A model generated the notes under the pieces. That model saw only the letters and a program-made list of their open reading frames with translations, did no database searches and was not told where the DNA came from. The translations under genes and the position numbers were made by a program. Below are positions 1-9,166 of a DNA stretch of 64,000 nucleotides, one piece after another (position 1 is the stretch's first letter; each line of letters starts with the position of its first letter). Source of the DNA: an uncultured Opitutales bacterium (GTDB lineage Bacteria; Verrucomicrobiota; Verrucomicrobiia; Opitutales; UBA2987); the NCBI GenBank assembly GCA_964542645.1, contig CAZIUG010000003.1, positions 130,501 through 194,500 on the forward strand, given 5' to 3'.

Positions 1-1149
1 GCACTTAGCTGTTCAAAGGTTGGCGTTTTGACTGTGGCTGGGGGACAGGGCACCCGTTTTGGTTATGATGGACCGAAGGGAACCTACCCAATTTCTCCCT
101 TAACAGGTAAGTCTTTTTTTGAAATATTTGCAGAGAAGATCAGATATGCGCAAGAAGCCTATCGAACCAAGATACCTTGGTTCATTATGACTAGCAGAGA
201 GAATCATGATGAAACAGCGAGGTTCTTTCACGATAACGACAACTTCCAGCTTTTTCCTGAAGATGTGTTTTTATTTGAACAAGGAGAAATGCCCTCAGTC
301 GATTTCGAGGGGAAAATCCTACTCGAAGAGGCTGGATGCATCGCTACGAATCCTGATGGGCACGGTGGTTCCCTTCGGGCTTTAGTCCAAAGTGGCGCGG
401 TTGAGCGGATGCGGCAAAAAGGTGTCGAAATAATTAGCTATTTCCAGATCGATAATCCTCTCGTCAACGTGGCTGATCCCGCCTTTGTCGGCTTTCACAT
501 CGAACATGGTTCAGAGTTCTCAAGCAAAATGGTGACAAAAACGTGTCCGGCAGAAAAGGTGGGACTTTTTTGTCTGGTAAGGGACCGTCTTAGGGTAATT
601 GAGTATAGTGATTTAGCAGAGGAGGTTGCCGTAAAGCGCGATGTAGAAGGTTGTCTCATTCACCAGGCGGGTAGTGTGGCGATTCATCTTTTGTCGCGTG
701 GGTTTGTAGAGGAAATTGGCGGAAACCCCGGGTCTGAGGTGTGCCTACCTTTTCATCAAGCGAGAAAAAAAGTGGCTGTAATCGATGAAAATGGGGAAAA
801 GTTCGAGCCCGAACAGCCTAACGCGGTAAAGTTCGAGATGTTTATTTTCGACGCGATCTTATTTGCCAAGAACCCAATTGTAGTTGAGACACTGCGCTGC
901 GAGGAATTCAGTCCGGTGAAAAATTTGGAGGGTCTTGATTCGGCTGAGATCTATCGCGCCCAGCAGCTTCGTCTATGGGCGCAGTGGCTAAAAAAGGTGG
1001 GGGTCGACCTTCCTTGTGACTCGACCGGGTTGCCATCGATCCGCATTGAGATAAGTCCGCTGTTTGCGTCTACCGAGGAGCAATTCGTTGAAAAGTGGCG
1101 GGAAATTCAGACGAAGCCGAAGGTGGAGGACGGGGCTTATATAGAATGA
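1..1149 (+). CDS. UDP-sugar / UDP-N-acetylhexosamine pyrophosphorylase (UDPGP family, eukaryote-type UAP-like), 5' end cut by window edge
   Basis: Frame 1 is open from nt 1, with no stop before the listed TTG at 28, so the gene begins upstream of the window. Motifs AGGQGTRFG (nucleotide loop), NPDGHGG and YFQIDNPL fit the UTP-sugar-1-phosphate uridylyltransferase family rather than GlmU. Confidence 0.75.
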   Translation, partial: ALSCSKVGVLTVAGGQGTRFGYDGPKGTYPISPLTGKSFFEIFAEKIRYAQEAYRTKIPWFIMTSRENHDETARFFHDNDNFQLFPEDVFLFEQGEMPSVDFEGKILLEEAGCIATNPDGHGGSLRALVQSGAVERMRQKGVEIISYFQIDNPLVNVADPAFVGFHIEHGSEFSSKMVTKTCPAEKVGLFCLVRDRLRVIEYSDLAEEVAVKRDVEGCLIHQAGSVAIHLLSRGFVEEIGGNPGSEVCLPFHQARKKVAVIDENGEKFEPEQPNAVKFEMFIFDAILFAKNPIVVETLRCEEFSPVKNLEGLDSAEIYRAQQLRLWAQWLKKVGVDLPCDSTGLPSIRIEISPLFASTEEQFVEKWREIQTKPKVEDGAYIE

Positions 1150-1170
1150 GTTTGTTAAGCTGAAGAGAGG

Positions 1171-3147
1171 ATGAAATTGAAGGATACTATTATCGAAAGA
1201 GTGAAGAAAGCAGGGGAAGAAGGACACCTATTGTCTTCGGCGGTCGAGAATCTTCTCGACTGGTACGGCATCGCTTCGTCCTTAGATTGGGCCCTCGACA
1301 GTATTGAAGAACTCGTCTCAGAGGCAGTATGGGATGAAATCAACGATCGCTTTTACAAGCAACTCGAGTTCGGGACAGGCGGGATGCGCGGTCGCACCAT
1401 TGGGAAGTTTGTAACAAAAAGGGAAAAGGGACACAATTCGAAAAGGGACACACTGGAACGTCCTGCTGTAGGGAGCGCTTTTTTAAACGACTTTAATGTT
1501 GTGCGCGCTACCATGGGGCTTTTCCGGTATAGCGATTTGTATGTCCGTAAGCAAGCTACTGCATTCACAACGCCAAAACTTATAATCGCTCACGACGTTA
1601 GACATTTCTCACGGCACTTCAGCGAGTTAGCTGCATCAGTTTGGTCGCAACTGGGAGGTCAATCCCTGGTATTTGACGGGGCAAGGTCAACGCCGCAGTT
1701 GAGTTTTACAGTGCGTCATCTTCAGGCTACAGCCGGGATTGTGATCACCGCCAGTCACAACCCTCCGCATGACAATGGCTACAAGGTGTACTTTTCTGAT
1801 GGAGGCCAGGTTGTAGCGCCCCATGTAGATGGTATCCTCGAGGAGGTTAATCAGATAGATTGGGGGGAGGTTCCTGACTTTTTAGGAAAAGAATTGGACC
1901 ATGTTGTTGTACTGCCGAAAAATCTGGATGAAGTTTATTTAGACTCCTTGGAAGAGAATGTAATCGATTCAGACCTTTTACGTACACAGGCTCCAATAGT
2001 TGTCTATACTCCTATCCATGGGACCGGAGGAATAGTGTCTGTTCCTTTGTTGGAACGCTTTGGTGTGAATGTGATTCCAGTAAAGGAGCAGGATACATTC
2101 GATCCTAATTTTTCAACGGTTAGTTCACCGAATCCGGAGAGCAAAGAAGCACTTAAGTTGGGAATCGAGCTCGGCCGACAGGTTGGTGCTGATGCAGTGA
2201 TCGGAACTGATCCGGACTGTGATCGCATGGGCGTCGCGGTTCGCAACTCAGTCGGAAATTTTCAACTACTTTCGGGTAATGTGATTGGCTCTCTTCTAGC
2301 TGAGTATCGAATACGGAAACTCAAGGAGGTGGGAATCCTACCGATAACTGGTACTCGTTCAGCGGCTCTTATAAAAACATTTGTTACAACCCCCCTCCAG
2401 GCGGCAATTGCGGAACAACATGGGTTGAAAGTAATTAACACTTTGACCGGATTTAAGTACATCGGTGAGAAAATTCTCGACTATGAGAAAATGCTTCTTT
2501 CACGGTTCCGATCAGAGAAGGGAATCAATATAGATTATAATCGCAGCGATTTTCGTCGCCGTTCCGAGCTTCTCTTGAAATACAGTACTTTTTATGTGTT
2601 TGGGGCAGAGGAAAGTTACGGATACCTGGCAAGCGATAGGGTCCGAGATAAAGATGGAAATGCCGCAGCCTTGATGTTTTGTGAGCTACTAGCGTTTTTG
2701 AAATCTAGTGGTCTCACTTTGGCAGACTTTCTTGATGAAATCTACATGAGATATGGGTACTACATTGAGGATCTCTTAAATATCGCTTTCGAGGGAGCAG
2801 CCGGCACTCGTAAGATTGCCAGGATACTTGAGTCGTATCGAAGTGAGCCTCCCGCGACGATTGGTGAATACAAGATAATTGAATTCACTGATTTCGGAGT
2901 TGATGAAATTGAGGATGCTGACGGAAAACCAATCCCCCGTCAGGATTTGTTTCTCTTGAGACTGGACAACGAGTATTCATACGCGGTCCGTGGAAGCGGA
3001 ACCGAACCGAAGATAAAATTCTATCTGTTTGGGCAAGAGAATGTCAACGAACCTGCCGATCTGGTCGAAGTTAAGAAGAGAACCGCGCGGACCATCGAGG
3101 AGATCAAAAAGGCGGTAGAAAAGGATGCCCAAGACCGGGCGGGTTGA
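1171..3147 (+). CDS. Phosphohexomutase, alpha-D-phosphohexomutase superfamily (long PgcA-like form)
   Basis: 658 aa. The four signature loops occur in order: TASHNPPHDNGYK (phosphoserine), GTDPDCDRMG (Mg2+), GAEESYGY (sugar), RGSGTEPKIK (phosphate). The N-terminus DRFYKQLEFGTGGMRG resembles PgcA. The ATG lies 21 nt after the upstream stop and is preceded by GAAGAGAGG. Confidence 0.9.
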   Translation: MKLKDTIIERVKKAGEEGHLLSSAVENLLDWYGIASSLDWALDSIEELVSEAVWDEINDRFYKQLEFGTGGMRGRTIGKFVTKREKGHNSKRDTLERPAVGSAFLNDFNVVRATMGLFRYSDLYVRKQATAFTTPKLIIAHDVRHFSRHFSELAASVWSQLGGQSLVFDGARSTPQLSFTVRHLQATAGIVITASHNPPHDNGYKVYFSDGGQVVAPHVDGILEEVNQIDWGEVPDFLGKELDHVVVLPKNLDEVYLDSLEENVIDSDLLRTQAPIVVYTPIHGTGGIVSVPLLERFGVNVIPVKEQDTFDPNFSTVSSPNPESKEALKLGIELGRQVGADAVIGTDPDCDRMGVAVRNSVGNFQLLSGNVIGSLLAEYRIRKLKEVGILPITGTRSAALIKTFVTTPLQAAIAEQHGLKVINTLTGFKYIGEKILDYEKMLLSRFRSEKGINIDYNRSDFRRRSELLLKYSTFYVFGAEESYGYLASDRVRDKDGNAAALMFCELLAFLKSSGLTLADFLDEIYMRYGYYIEDLLNIAFEGAAGTRKIARILESYRSEPPATIGEYKIIEFTDFGVDEIEDADGKPIPRQDLFLLRLDNEYSYAVRGSGTEPKIKFYLFGQENVNEPADLVEVKKRTARTIEEIKKAVEKDAQDRAG

Positions 3148-3190
3148 GTGAATAGAGAACCTAATTGCTATCTCGTACCAAGATTGTTGA

Positions 3191-3604
3191 TTACTTTCCC
3201 TTGTGTTCAGCATGTACCTTTATAGAGATACCTCCCCTAGAATTGAATTTGGCGAGGACTTCACACCATCTCGGTTTCAGCGCTTCAACAAGATCGTCCA
3301 GGATGATATTGGCCAGATGTTCATGAAAGATGCCTTCTGATCGGAAGCTCCAAAGATAGAGTTTGAGACTTTTTGACTCTACGATTCGTTTGTTAGGTAC
3401 GTAGCGAACCTCAATGCGGGCAAAATCCGGTTGACCAGTGACAGGGCAAAGGCAGGTGAACTCATTTGATTCAAGGGTAACCATGTAGTCTCGTCCCGGG
3501 TGCTTATTGGGGAATGTCTCAAGGCTGCGAGCTGGCTTGGTAGTGCCACCCCCTAAAATCGATAGGTTCTTAACATCTGCTTTAGTGGTGTGTTTATGTG
3601 TCAT
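3191..3604 (-). CDS. queF: NADPH-dependent 7-cyano-7-deazaguanine (preQ0) reductase, unimodular type I
   Basis: 137 aa. EFTCLCPVTGQPDFA carries the catalytic Cys. SLKLYLWSFR and the FHE motif are present. The size fits type I QueF. Confidence 0.9.
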   Translation of the reverse strand: MTHKHTTKADVKNLSILGGGTTKPARSLETFPNKHPGRDYMVTLESNEFTCLCPVTGQPDFARIEVRYVPNKRIVESKSLKLYLWSFRSEGIFHEHLANIILDDLVEALKPRWCEVLAKFNSRGGISIKVHAEHKGK

Positions 3605-3967
3605 GAGCTTACCTCATTTTAGATTGGGAATAGATAGCCTTTCACAAAGGACGGGCGCTTCTTCAATGATTTGATATCATATTCTTTTGGAAACAGATGC
3701 AAGTTCGCGGAGCTGAGGGTATCAGCGAATTTGGTGGAAGTCCTGCCAGACGTAAGCAGCCCATAGCGCTGTTAATATCAATTTTCTATTATACTCTTCC
3801 AAAGGTATCTGGTGACTTGTAGTCGCTTTAATCTATCCTCCCTCGGGTTTGTTCCCTTGGATTTTTGAGTAGTGGAATGGTGACTCAGCGTGGACCGGCT
3901 GGTTTTGCTGCTTGAGACTCTGTGAAAAAATCTATTAGAAAGCCTAGTTCTTCCATTAATTTCACCT

Positions 3968-4966
3968 ATGATAGCTAGACGCTTCACAATTCCCGGAATT
4001 CGCAGGATAGAAATAGAGGAATTTAAGATCGAGGAGACTCCCGATGATGGTATTCTAATCGAGAACGAATTCACCGCTGTTTCGATTGGTACGGAAATCT
4101 ATAATTGGACTATGGGAAGTGAACCAGGAGGCAAACCGATCTTTCCGAAAGCTACAGGTTATTGCAATGTCGGCCGAGTTTTAGAGGTAGGAGCAGCAGT
4201 TGAAGGAGTCTCAATTGGCGATCGAATTGCGGGACAGGGCATGCATGCTAGTCACAACATTCTTCGCGTTGCTTCAGGTTTCGTTAGAGTGCCTGATGAA
4301 GTCGAATCAAAATCGGCTGCCTTTATGATAATGGCTGCTATTGCCCTGCGTGGGGTCCGCGTGGCTCGTATTCAGCTGGGCGAAACGGTTGTGGTCTTCG
4401 GTTTGGGACTGGTGGGACAGCTCTGTGCACTTATAAGTCGTGTATCGGGTGGAGTCCCTGTAATCGGCGTCGACATCGACGATTTCAGAGTGAGTACCGC
4501 TGCCCAAAATAGCTGTGATCTCGCGATCAATCCGGATCAGGTCGATGATCTTAGGGCGGATATTTCAGAGATTTGTCCAGATGACGGCGCCAATGTAATT
4601 TTGGAGTGCACTGGGAAGCCGATGGTTTATCCGTTAGCAACCTCTCTTGCCTGTTTAGGTGGTCGCTTGGTGGCAGTAGGGTCTCCCCGGGGAACTGTAG
4701 AAATGGATTTTTTCCCGGATATCCATTGCCGAGAAGTCAGCATCTTTGGAGCTCACCAGGGGAGAACACCTAAAAAAGACCACCTCCACTACCGCTTCCA
4801 TAGGGAAAGAGAGCGCCAATTAGTGATGGAGTTAATGGCTTCTGGACGATTACCGATTTCTAATCTAATTACTCATGAATTCGAGCCCAATGATTGCCAG
4901 CGAGTCTACACAATGCTGGCGGATAATCCGCAAAAAGTCCTCGGGGTCATTTTTTCTTGGCAGTAG
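3968..4966 (+). CDS. Medium-chain dehydrogenase/reductase (zinc-type alcohol dehydrogenase-like), substrate unknown
   Basis: 332 aa with a GroES-like N-terminal half followed by the Rossmann motif VVVFGLGLVGQL. The classical catalytic-zinc Cys/His pattern is not obvious by eye. Confidence 0.65.
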   Translation: MIARRFTIPGIRRIEIEEFKIEETPDDGILIENEFTAVSIGTEIYNWTMGSEPGGKPIFPKATGYCNVGRVLEVGAAVEGVSIGDRIAGQGMHASHNILRVASGFVRVPDEVESKSAAFMIMAAIALRGVRVARIQLGETVVVFGLGLVGQLCALISRVSGGVPVIGVDIDDFRVSTAAQNSCDLAINPDQVDDLRADISEICPDDGANVILECTGKPMVYPLATSLACLGGRLVAVGSPRGTVEMDFFPDIHCREVSIFGAHQGRTPKKDHLHYRFHRERERQLVMELMASGRLPISNLITHEFEPNDCQRVYTMLADNPQKVLGVIFSWQ

Positions 4967-5111
4967 CTTCCCGACAGGCGAACTCTTTCTGAAACCCGCC
5001 GCAGTTTTCATCTGAGGTGACTCCCATAGCCTTTCTCTCGACCGTTCAGGCCCCTTTTAACATGTGGGTCTTTTCGTCGAGTAGTAGTTGTTTCCCGGAG
5101 CAAAAACTTGA

Positions 5112-5999
5112 TTACATTGGAAGAAAATCGACCACTCGTATTGCTTTTTCGAAACCGGGAGCTCCGACGTATTGGACTGCCGTTGGTCCTATTGCATCTG
5201 TGTGGGGAAAATGAATATGACCGCAGAATACAGCGATCAAATTCCGGGCGGATGTTACTACGTTGACGAACTCCAGAGTTGATTCGAGATCATCTCCGGT
5301 GCCCCATTTTTCGCGGCTCTCAATATCCCAATCAGGATCACCCATTAGAATAGGGGCTCGAAAACATGCATGGGTGTCATTGCGCAAAGTGGGTAAACTT
5401 AATGGGATATGCATCAGCAGGACCGTAGGGATTGAGTTTTTGAGACTATCTTCTACCGCCCGGAGCTGTCCCTCTGTTACTTGGTAGGTAGAGTTATCGA
5501 TTGTAAGCCATTGGATGCCTCCATCCGTGTAGCAGCTGAATGCTGGTTCACCATGATGCAAGGGCAATAGCAGAGGCCAACTGGCTTCTCTTAACGCCGC
5601 GCGTCCTTCTACTCCAGGGAAGTGCCAGTCATGGTTTCCAGCTGTATAAAGAATCGGAGTATTGAGGCCAATAAGGGCTTCGGTCACATGATCGAGATTG
5701 GCTTGCGATGGGAAATGTATAATATCTCCGGTGAGTGCAAGAAGATCAGGATTAAGACTTTGAACTTCGGCAATGACCTCGATAAAAGTCATTTCAGATG
5801 GGATTATCCTTCCGTTATCCGCTCTGCGTTTAGTTCGGAATGTCTCACACGAGCTTTGAGAGGCCTCTTTGTATTCTGCATCCCGATTGTCAATAAGTGC
5901 AACATGGGTATCAGTGATGTGTACCATTCGAATTGGCTTTGCTAGGCCTTCGAGGCGAATAGTCGCGGTTTTGTCTGTCCAGGAATGTGTTACTCTCAT
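5112..5999 (-). CDS. Calcineurin-like metallophosphoesterase
   Basis: 295 aa with the ordered motifs HITDTH, GDIIH, GNHD, MHIP and GHIH. Confidence 0.8.
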   Translation of the reverse strand: MRVTHSWTDKTATIRLEGLAKPIRMVHITDTHVALIDNRDAEYKEASQSSCETFRTKRRADNGRIIPSEMTFIEVIAEVQSLNPDLLALTGDIIHFPSQANLDHVTEALIGLNTPILYTAGNHDWHFPGVEGRAALREASWPLLLPLHHGEPAFSCYTDGGIQWLTIDNSTYQVTEGQLRAVEDSLKNSIPTVLLMHIPLSLPTLRNDTHACFRAPILMGDPDWDIESREKWGTGDDLESTLEFVNVVTSARNLIAVFCGHIHFPHTDAIGPTAVQYVGAPGFEKAIRVVDFLPM

Positions 6000-6330
6000 T
6001 CTGATGTGCCAAATCTTGAATTATGATGCGTGCGGAATGTCGATCCGATTCGTTACCAATTCCCCTCTCAGGCTCTGATTGTAGAGTAAGAGGGAAGCAA
6101 TTCGATAATCCTTTAGGTTGTAGTGGTGAGGGTGGAATAGGCCTTGAATGGGAGCAAGGCAATATACAAGAAGGGATTATGATTTCACTTTTATACCGAG
6201 CCTGGTACCTCAGATGCGTACTGCCTCAGGAATGTTGGGGTTGATTTTTGTGGATCTAATTTTAACTTGATTCAGCTGTTTTCTAAACAGATGGAAAGCG
6301 CGGATTGGAATTGAGTAAACGGTTATGTAC

Positions 6331-6342
6331 ATGTAATTACAT
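6331..6342. promoter_or_regulatory. Perfect 12-bp palindrome ATGTAATTACAT upstream of enolase gene 6387
   Basis: Read directly from the sequence, 45 nt upstream of the ATG. It overlaps a second palindrome, ATGTACAT (6325-6332). Confidence 0.25.
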
Positions 6343-6386
6343 CTATCCTCTCGAGATGGATGATGTTCCGAAGGTGAGTTAAGATT

Positions 6387-7625
6387 ATGAATAATACGTC
6401 CCAGTTGATTGAATCCCTTGGCCGCGAACATTTAAGTATCAGCCGAATCAAGGTGACTCCTATTTCCTATCAGCCGGAAGATGGATCCTACATTCATGAA
6501 TGCGGGCCAGTCGTATTGACTAAACGTGATGAGGCCGTGGTTCAAATCTGGACCGAGGAGGGACTTGAGGGCATTGGCCCAGGGTCGCTCTCTTATTCAG
6601 AACAGAATTTCGATTCTCTCATCGGTCAAAATCCCTTCGACCTTCTTGAAGCCAATCTGCCTCAAGGCCTCAATGTGGCTTGCTGGGATCTGGTCGGGCG
6701 GGCGAAGAATCGGCCAGTATACCAGCTCCTTGCCCTGGATCAACATCCCAACCCTAGAGTCCATGTTTATTCCAGTGGTGGGGTGATGTGGACCTATTAT
6801 GACCGTGGAGATGGGAAGATGTATGGTGTCGATGCGCTTATCGAAGAGGCATTGAATTACAAAGAACTTGGATTTGACACATTCAAGTGGCGCCCCGGAA
6901 CAGATTGGGAAGAGGCAGGAATAAACCCAAAAAAGTTGGGAGAGATCTGTCGCCAGCTGCGTCAGGCTGTAGGTCCTGATTTTAAACTGGGACTAGAGAA
7001 AAAAGGCTACGATTCATGGACTCTTGAGGAGTGTCTTCAAATAGCTCCTATTATCAGCGATTTGGGCTTCTATTTTTTTGAGCAACCAATGGGTGACGCT
7101 GGGCCAGAGCAATTTGATGATTACTTGAGGATAAAGGCGTTGATGCCTGGGGTTATGTTATGGGGAGGAGAGAGCTTCCGTACATTTGATGAAGCGGAGC
7201 CTTGGATGCGTGAGGGAATCTATGACGCCGTGCAATCTGATTGTCTGCACCTCGGGTTAACGCAGAATTGGCGAATTGCCCAGCTGGGGTGCGAAACTGG
7301 TACTAAGATCGTTCCACACAACTGGAGCACTAGTCTCGGAACAATGTGTAATGCCCACCTAGTTGCTGGTACGGGTGGTCACATGCTCGAGTTTTTTATG
7401 TATCCTTCGGGATTTCGATATGGTCTTTTCAAAGAACCGTATCGACCCGATAAAGGAGTTATCACGTTAACAGATGCGCCTGGGTTTGGCGTCGAACTAA
7501 TTGATGATTTTGCCGACAAATTTCCTTACCGGCTGGGGCCTAATACCATTCCGAATCCACGAATCCCGGAGGCTTGGGATCGGGCGCGGATACGGGCAAG
7601 GGCTGTAGCGGGTCGGTACCGTTGA
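6387..7625 (+). CDS. Enolase-superfamily enzyme (mandelate racemase / muconate lactonizing / acid-sugar dehydratase-like)
   Basis: 412 aa with capping domain plus barrel layout. Motifs are WDLVGRAKNRPVYQLL, FFEQP and WGGES, the last two resembling metal-ligand motifs. Family-level call only. Confidence 0.8.
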   Translation: MNNTSQLIESLGREHLSISRIKVTPISYQPEDGSYIHECGPVVLTKRDEAVVQIWTEEGLEGIGPGSLSYSEQNFDSLIGQNPFDLLEANLPQGLNVACWDLVGRAKNRPVYQLLALDQHPNPRVHVYSSGGVMWTYYDRGDGKMYGVDALIEEALNYKELGFDTFKWRPGTDWEEAGINPKKLGEICRQLRQAVGPDFKLGLEKKGYDSWTLEECLQIAPIISDLGFYFFEQPMGDAGPEQFDDYLRIKALMPGVMLWGGESFRTFDEAEPWMREGIYDAVQSDCLHLGLTQNWRIAQLGCETGTKIVPHNWSTSLGTMCNAHLVAGTGGHMLEFFMYPSGFRYGLFKEPYRPDKGVITLTDAPGFGVELIDDFADKFPYRLGPNTIPNPRIPEAWDRARIRARAVAGRYR

Positions 7626-7686
7626 ACGGAGATTGCGTGAATGAGTCACAGGGTGTGTTGTTGGATAGGTCCATACGTAAACCCAG

Positions 7687-7700
7687 TTCAGTCGACTGAA
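7687..7700. promoter_or_regulatory. Perfect 14-bp palindrome TTCAGTCGACTGAA between the enolase and BNR genes
   Basis: Read directly. It is followed by the hairpin GGTCTTT-n8-AAAGACC (7712-7734). Confidence 0.25.
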
Positions 7701-7772
7701 TGTTCGTTGGAGGGTCTTTACATGGGGAAAGACCAAGTTTCGAGGAACTCCGACTTCATAACTTACTAGACC

Positions 7773-8876
7773 ATGCTAAAAATAATCGGCACTGGAATTA
7801 TTTCGCGCGAAGCAGGCCGGGGCGCATTTATGCCTGTAATCACCCTACTTCCTAATGGGAGCTGGATCGCATCGCAGCATGTTGGGGAGGAATTGGGTTC
7901 GCCAGACAATCATATCGAGGTATTGCGGTCTTCCGATGGAGGAGCAACTTGGGCGAATACAGGCAGTGTCCATCCGGGAGGAGGTCTGCCAGACGATGGG
8001 TGGTGCTATCGAGCTCCTCGTATCAGTGTGGTGCCTGATGGCCGTTTAGTTATGGAGGCGACTCGTTTTGAAATAGGCGAAAAACTTTTCGAGTTAGAGA
8101 CCGAAGCGTTGCAACGACCGGAAATGTTGCTCTTTTGGTCAAGCAATTTAGGGCTCACTTGGTCAGGGCCACAAGTTGTGCCAGTGGATCTACCTAAAGA
8201 CAGGTACACTTGGAATGGAGCCGGGTCTTTGCTTCAGCTTTCATCAGACCGATGGGCCTATCCATTGGAGACATGGAAACCGGAAGGATTCGAGGGCCCG
8301 CCAGACCAGAAAGCGGGGATGGTTTTTTCATCGGATCAAGGGCGAACATGGGGAGAATTCACAGTTGTTGCAGACGATCCAACTGGAGAGCTCCTTTGGT
8401 GGGACCAGATGCAAACTGTTCTTCCCGATGGTCGTATCTACACAATGATATGGACGCACCGCTACGGTACCTCTGAGGATCTCGTAAATCACTGGACCAT
8501 TTCTGAAGATCAAGGGAAAACATGGTCGAAACCTAGGCCGACGAATCTTCGAGGCCAGGTATGTTCGCCGGTCGCCCTACCCGATGGGAGAGTCGCTGCG
8601 ATCTACAATTTCAGGCATGATCCTCAAGGCATTCATGTTTCCTTGACCAGCGACCTCGAAAATTTCGATGTGGAGAATAAGGTAGTGGTGTGGGATGCTG
8701 GTAGGGAGGCTACATTGGGTGAGCCAGAGACTGACAATTTTTTGGCGGAGCATATGAAAATTGCATTTGGGAGGCCGGCTGGCTTACTGCTGCCCAATGG
8801 TGATTTATTAACCTTTTTCTGGTGTACCTCGAAGGAAGTTACCGAAACCCGTTGGGTAAAGGTGAGAGTTGATTAA
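7773..8876 (+). CDS. BNR/Asp-box six-bladed beta-propeller protein (sialidase-like, no RIP motif)
   Basis: 367 aa with four Asp-boxes: SSDGGATW, SSNLGLTW, SSDQGRTW, SEDQGKTW. No F/YRIP motif. The N-terminus MLKIIGTGIISREAGRG has no signal-peptide character. Confidence 0.75.
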   Translation: MLKIIGTGIISREAGRGAFMPVITLLPNGSWIASQHVGEELGSPDNHIEVLRSSDGGATWANTGSVHPGGGLPDDGWCYRAPRISVVPDGRLVMEATRFEIGEKLFELETEALQRPEMLLFWSSNLGLTWSGPQVVPVDLPKDRYTWNGAGSLLQLSSDRWAYPLETWKPEGFEGPPDQKAGMVFSSDQGRTWGEFTVVADDPTGELLWWDQMQTVLPDGRIYTMIWTHRYGTSEDLVNHWTISEDQGKTWSKPRPTNLRGQVCSPVALPDGRVAAIYNFRHDPQGIHVSLTSDLENFDVENKVVVWDAGREATLGEPETDNFLAEHMKIAFGRPAGLLLPNGDLLTFFWCTSKEVTETRWVKVRVD

Positions 8877-9166
8877 GGAGAAGCAATTGTTCGCTTTTTG
8901 TTGATAAGATGCCGGCGTTAGCAGATTATGGATATTGAGTTGCAAGTTGTTGGTTCGAGTTTAGGTATTGGGTCTTTGATCGGAATTCCGGCCCTGGTAG
9001 GGGTATCTAGACCCACGAGTTTATAGAGATAAACAGTTCCCATTCCATGGAGGGTAACATTTCATTTTGGTAGCTTTGCCACTTTTTGACCAATAGAGAT
9101 TTCTATGCGTGTCTATCTTATTCCCATCTTTCTAGAGACTGTGACCATCTTACCGAAAAATTGCAA

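Noticed and set aside
3605-3700. Possible preQ1 riboswitch in the queF leader
   Set aside because: The minus-strand leader has a small hairpin (CCUUU-GUG-AAAGG) and an A-rich tail (CCCAAUCUAAAAUGAGG). It does not fit the preQ1-I P1 / loop / A-rich-tail pseudoknot consensus as I remember it. An Infernal scan would settle this.
9086-9166. N-terminal extensions in the ORF track: 9086, 11408-11485, 16721-16900, 21145-21231, 26936-26953, 31552-31674, 39748-39762, 44243-44311, 48229-48243
   Set aside because: In each case an internal ATG gives the family-typical N-terminus and usually follows a GGAG/AAGGA-like site. Several extensions start at TTG/GTG or overlap the neighbouring gene. The start choices remain predictions.
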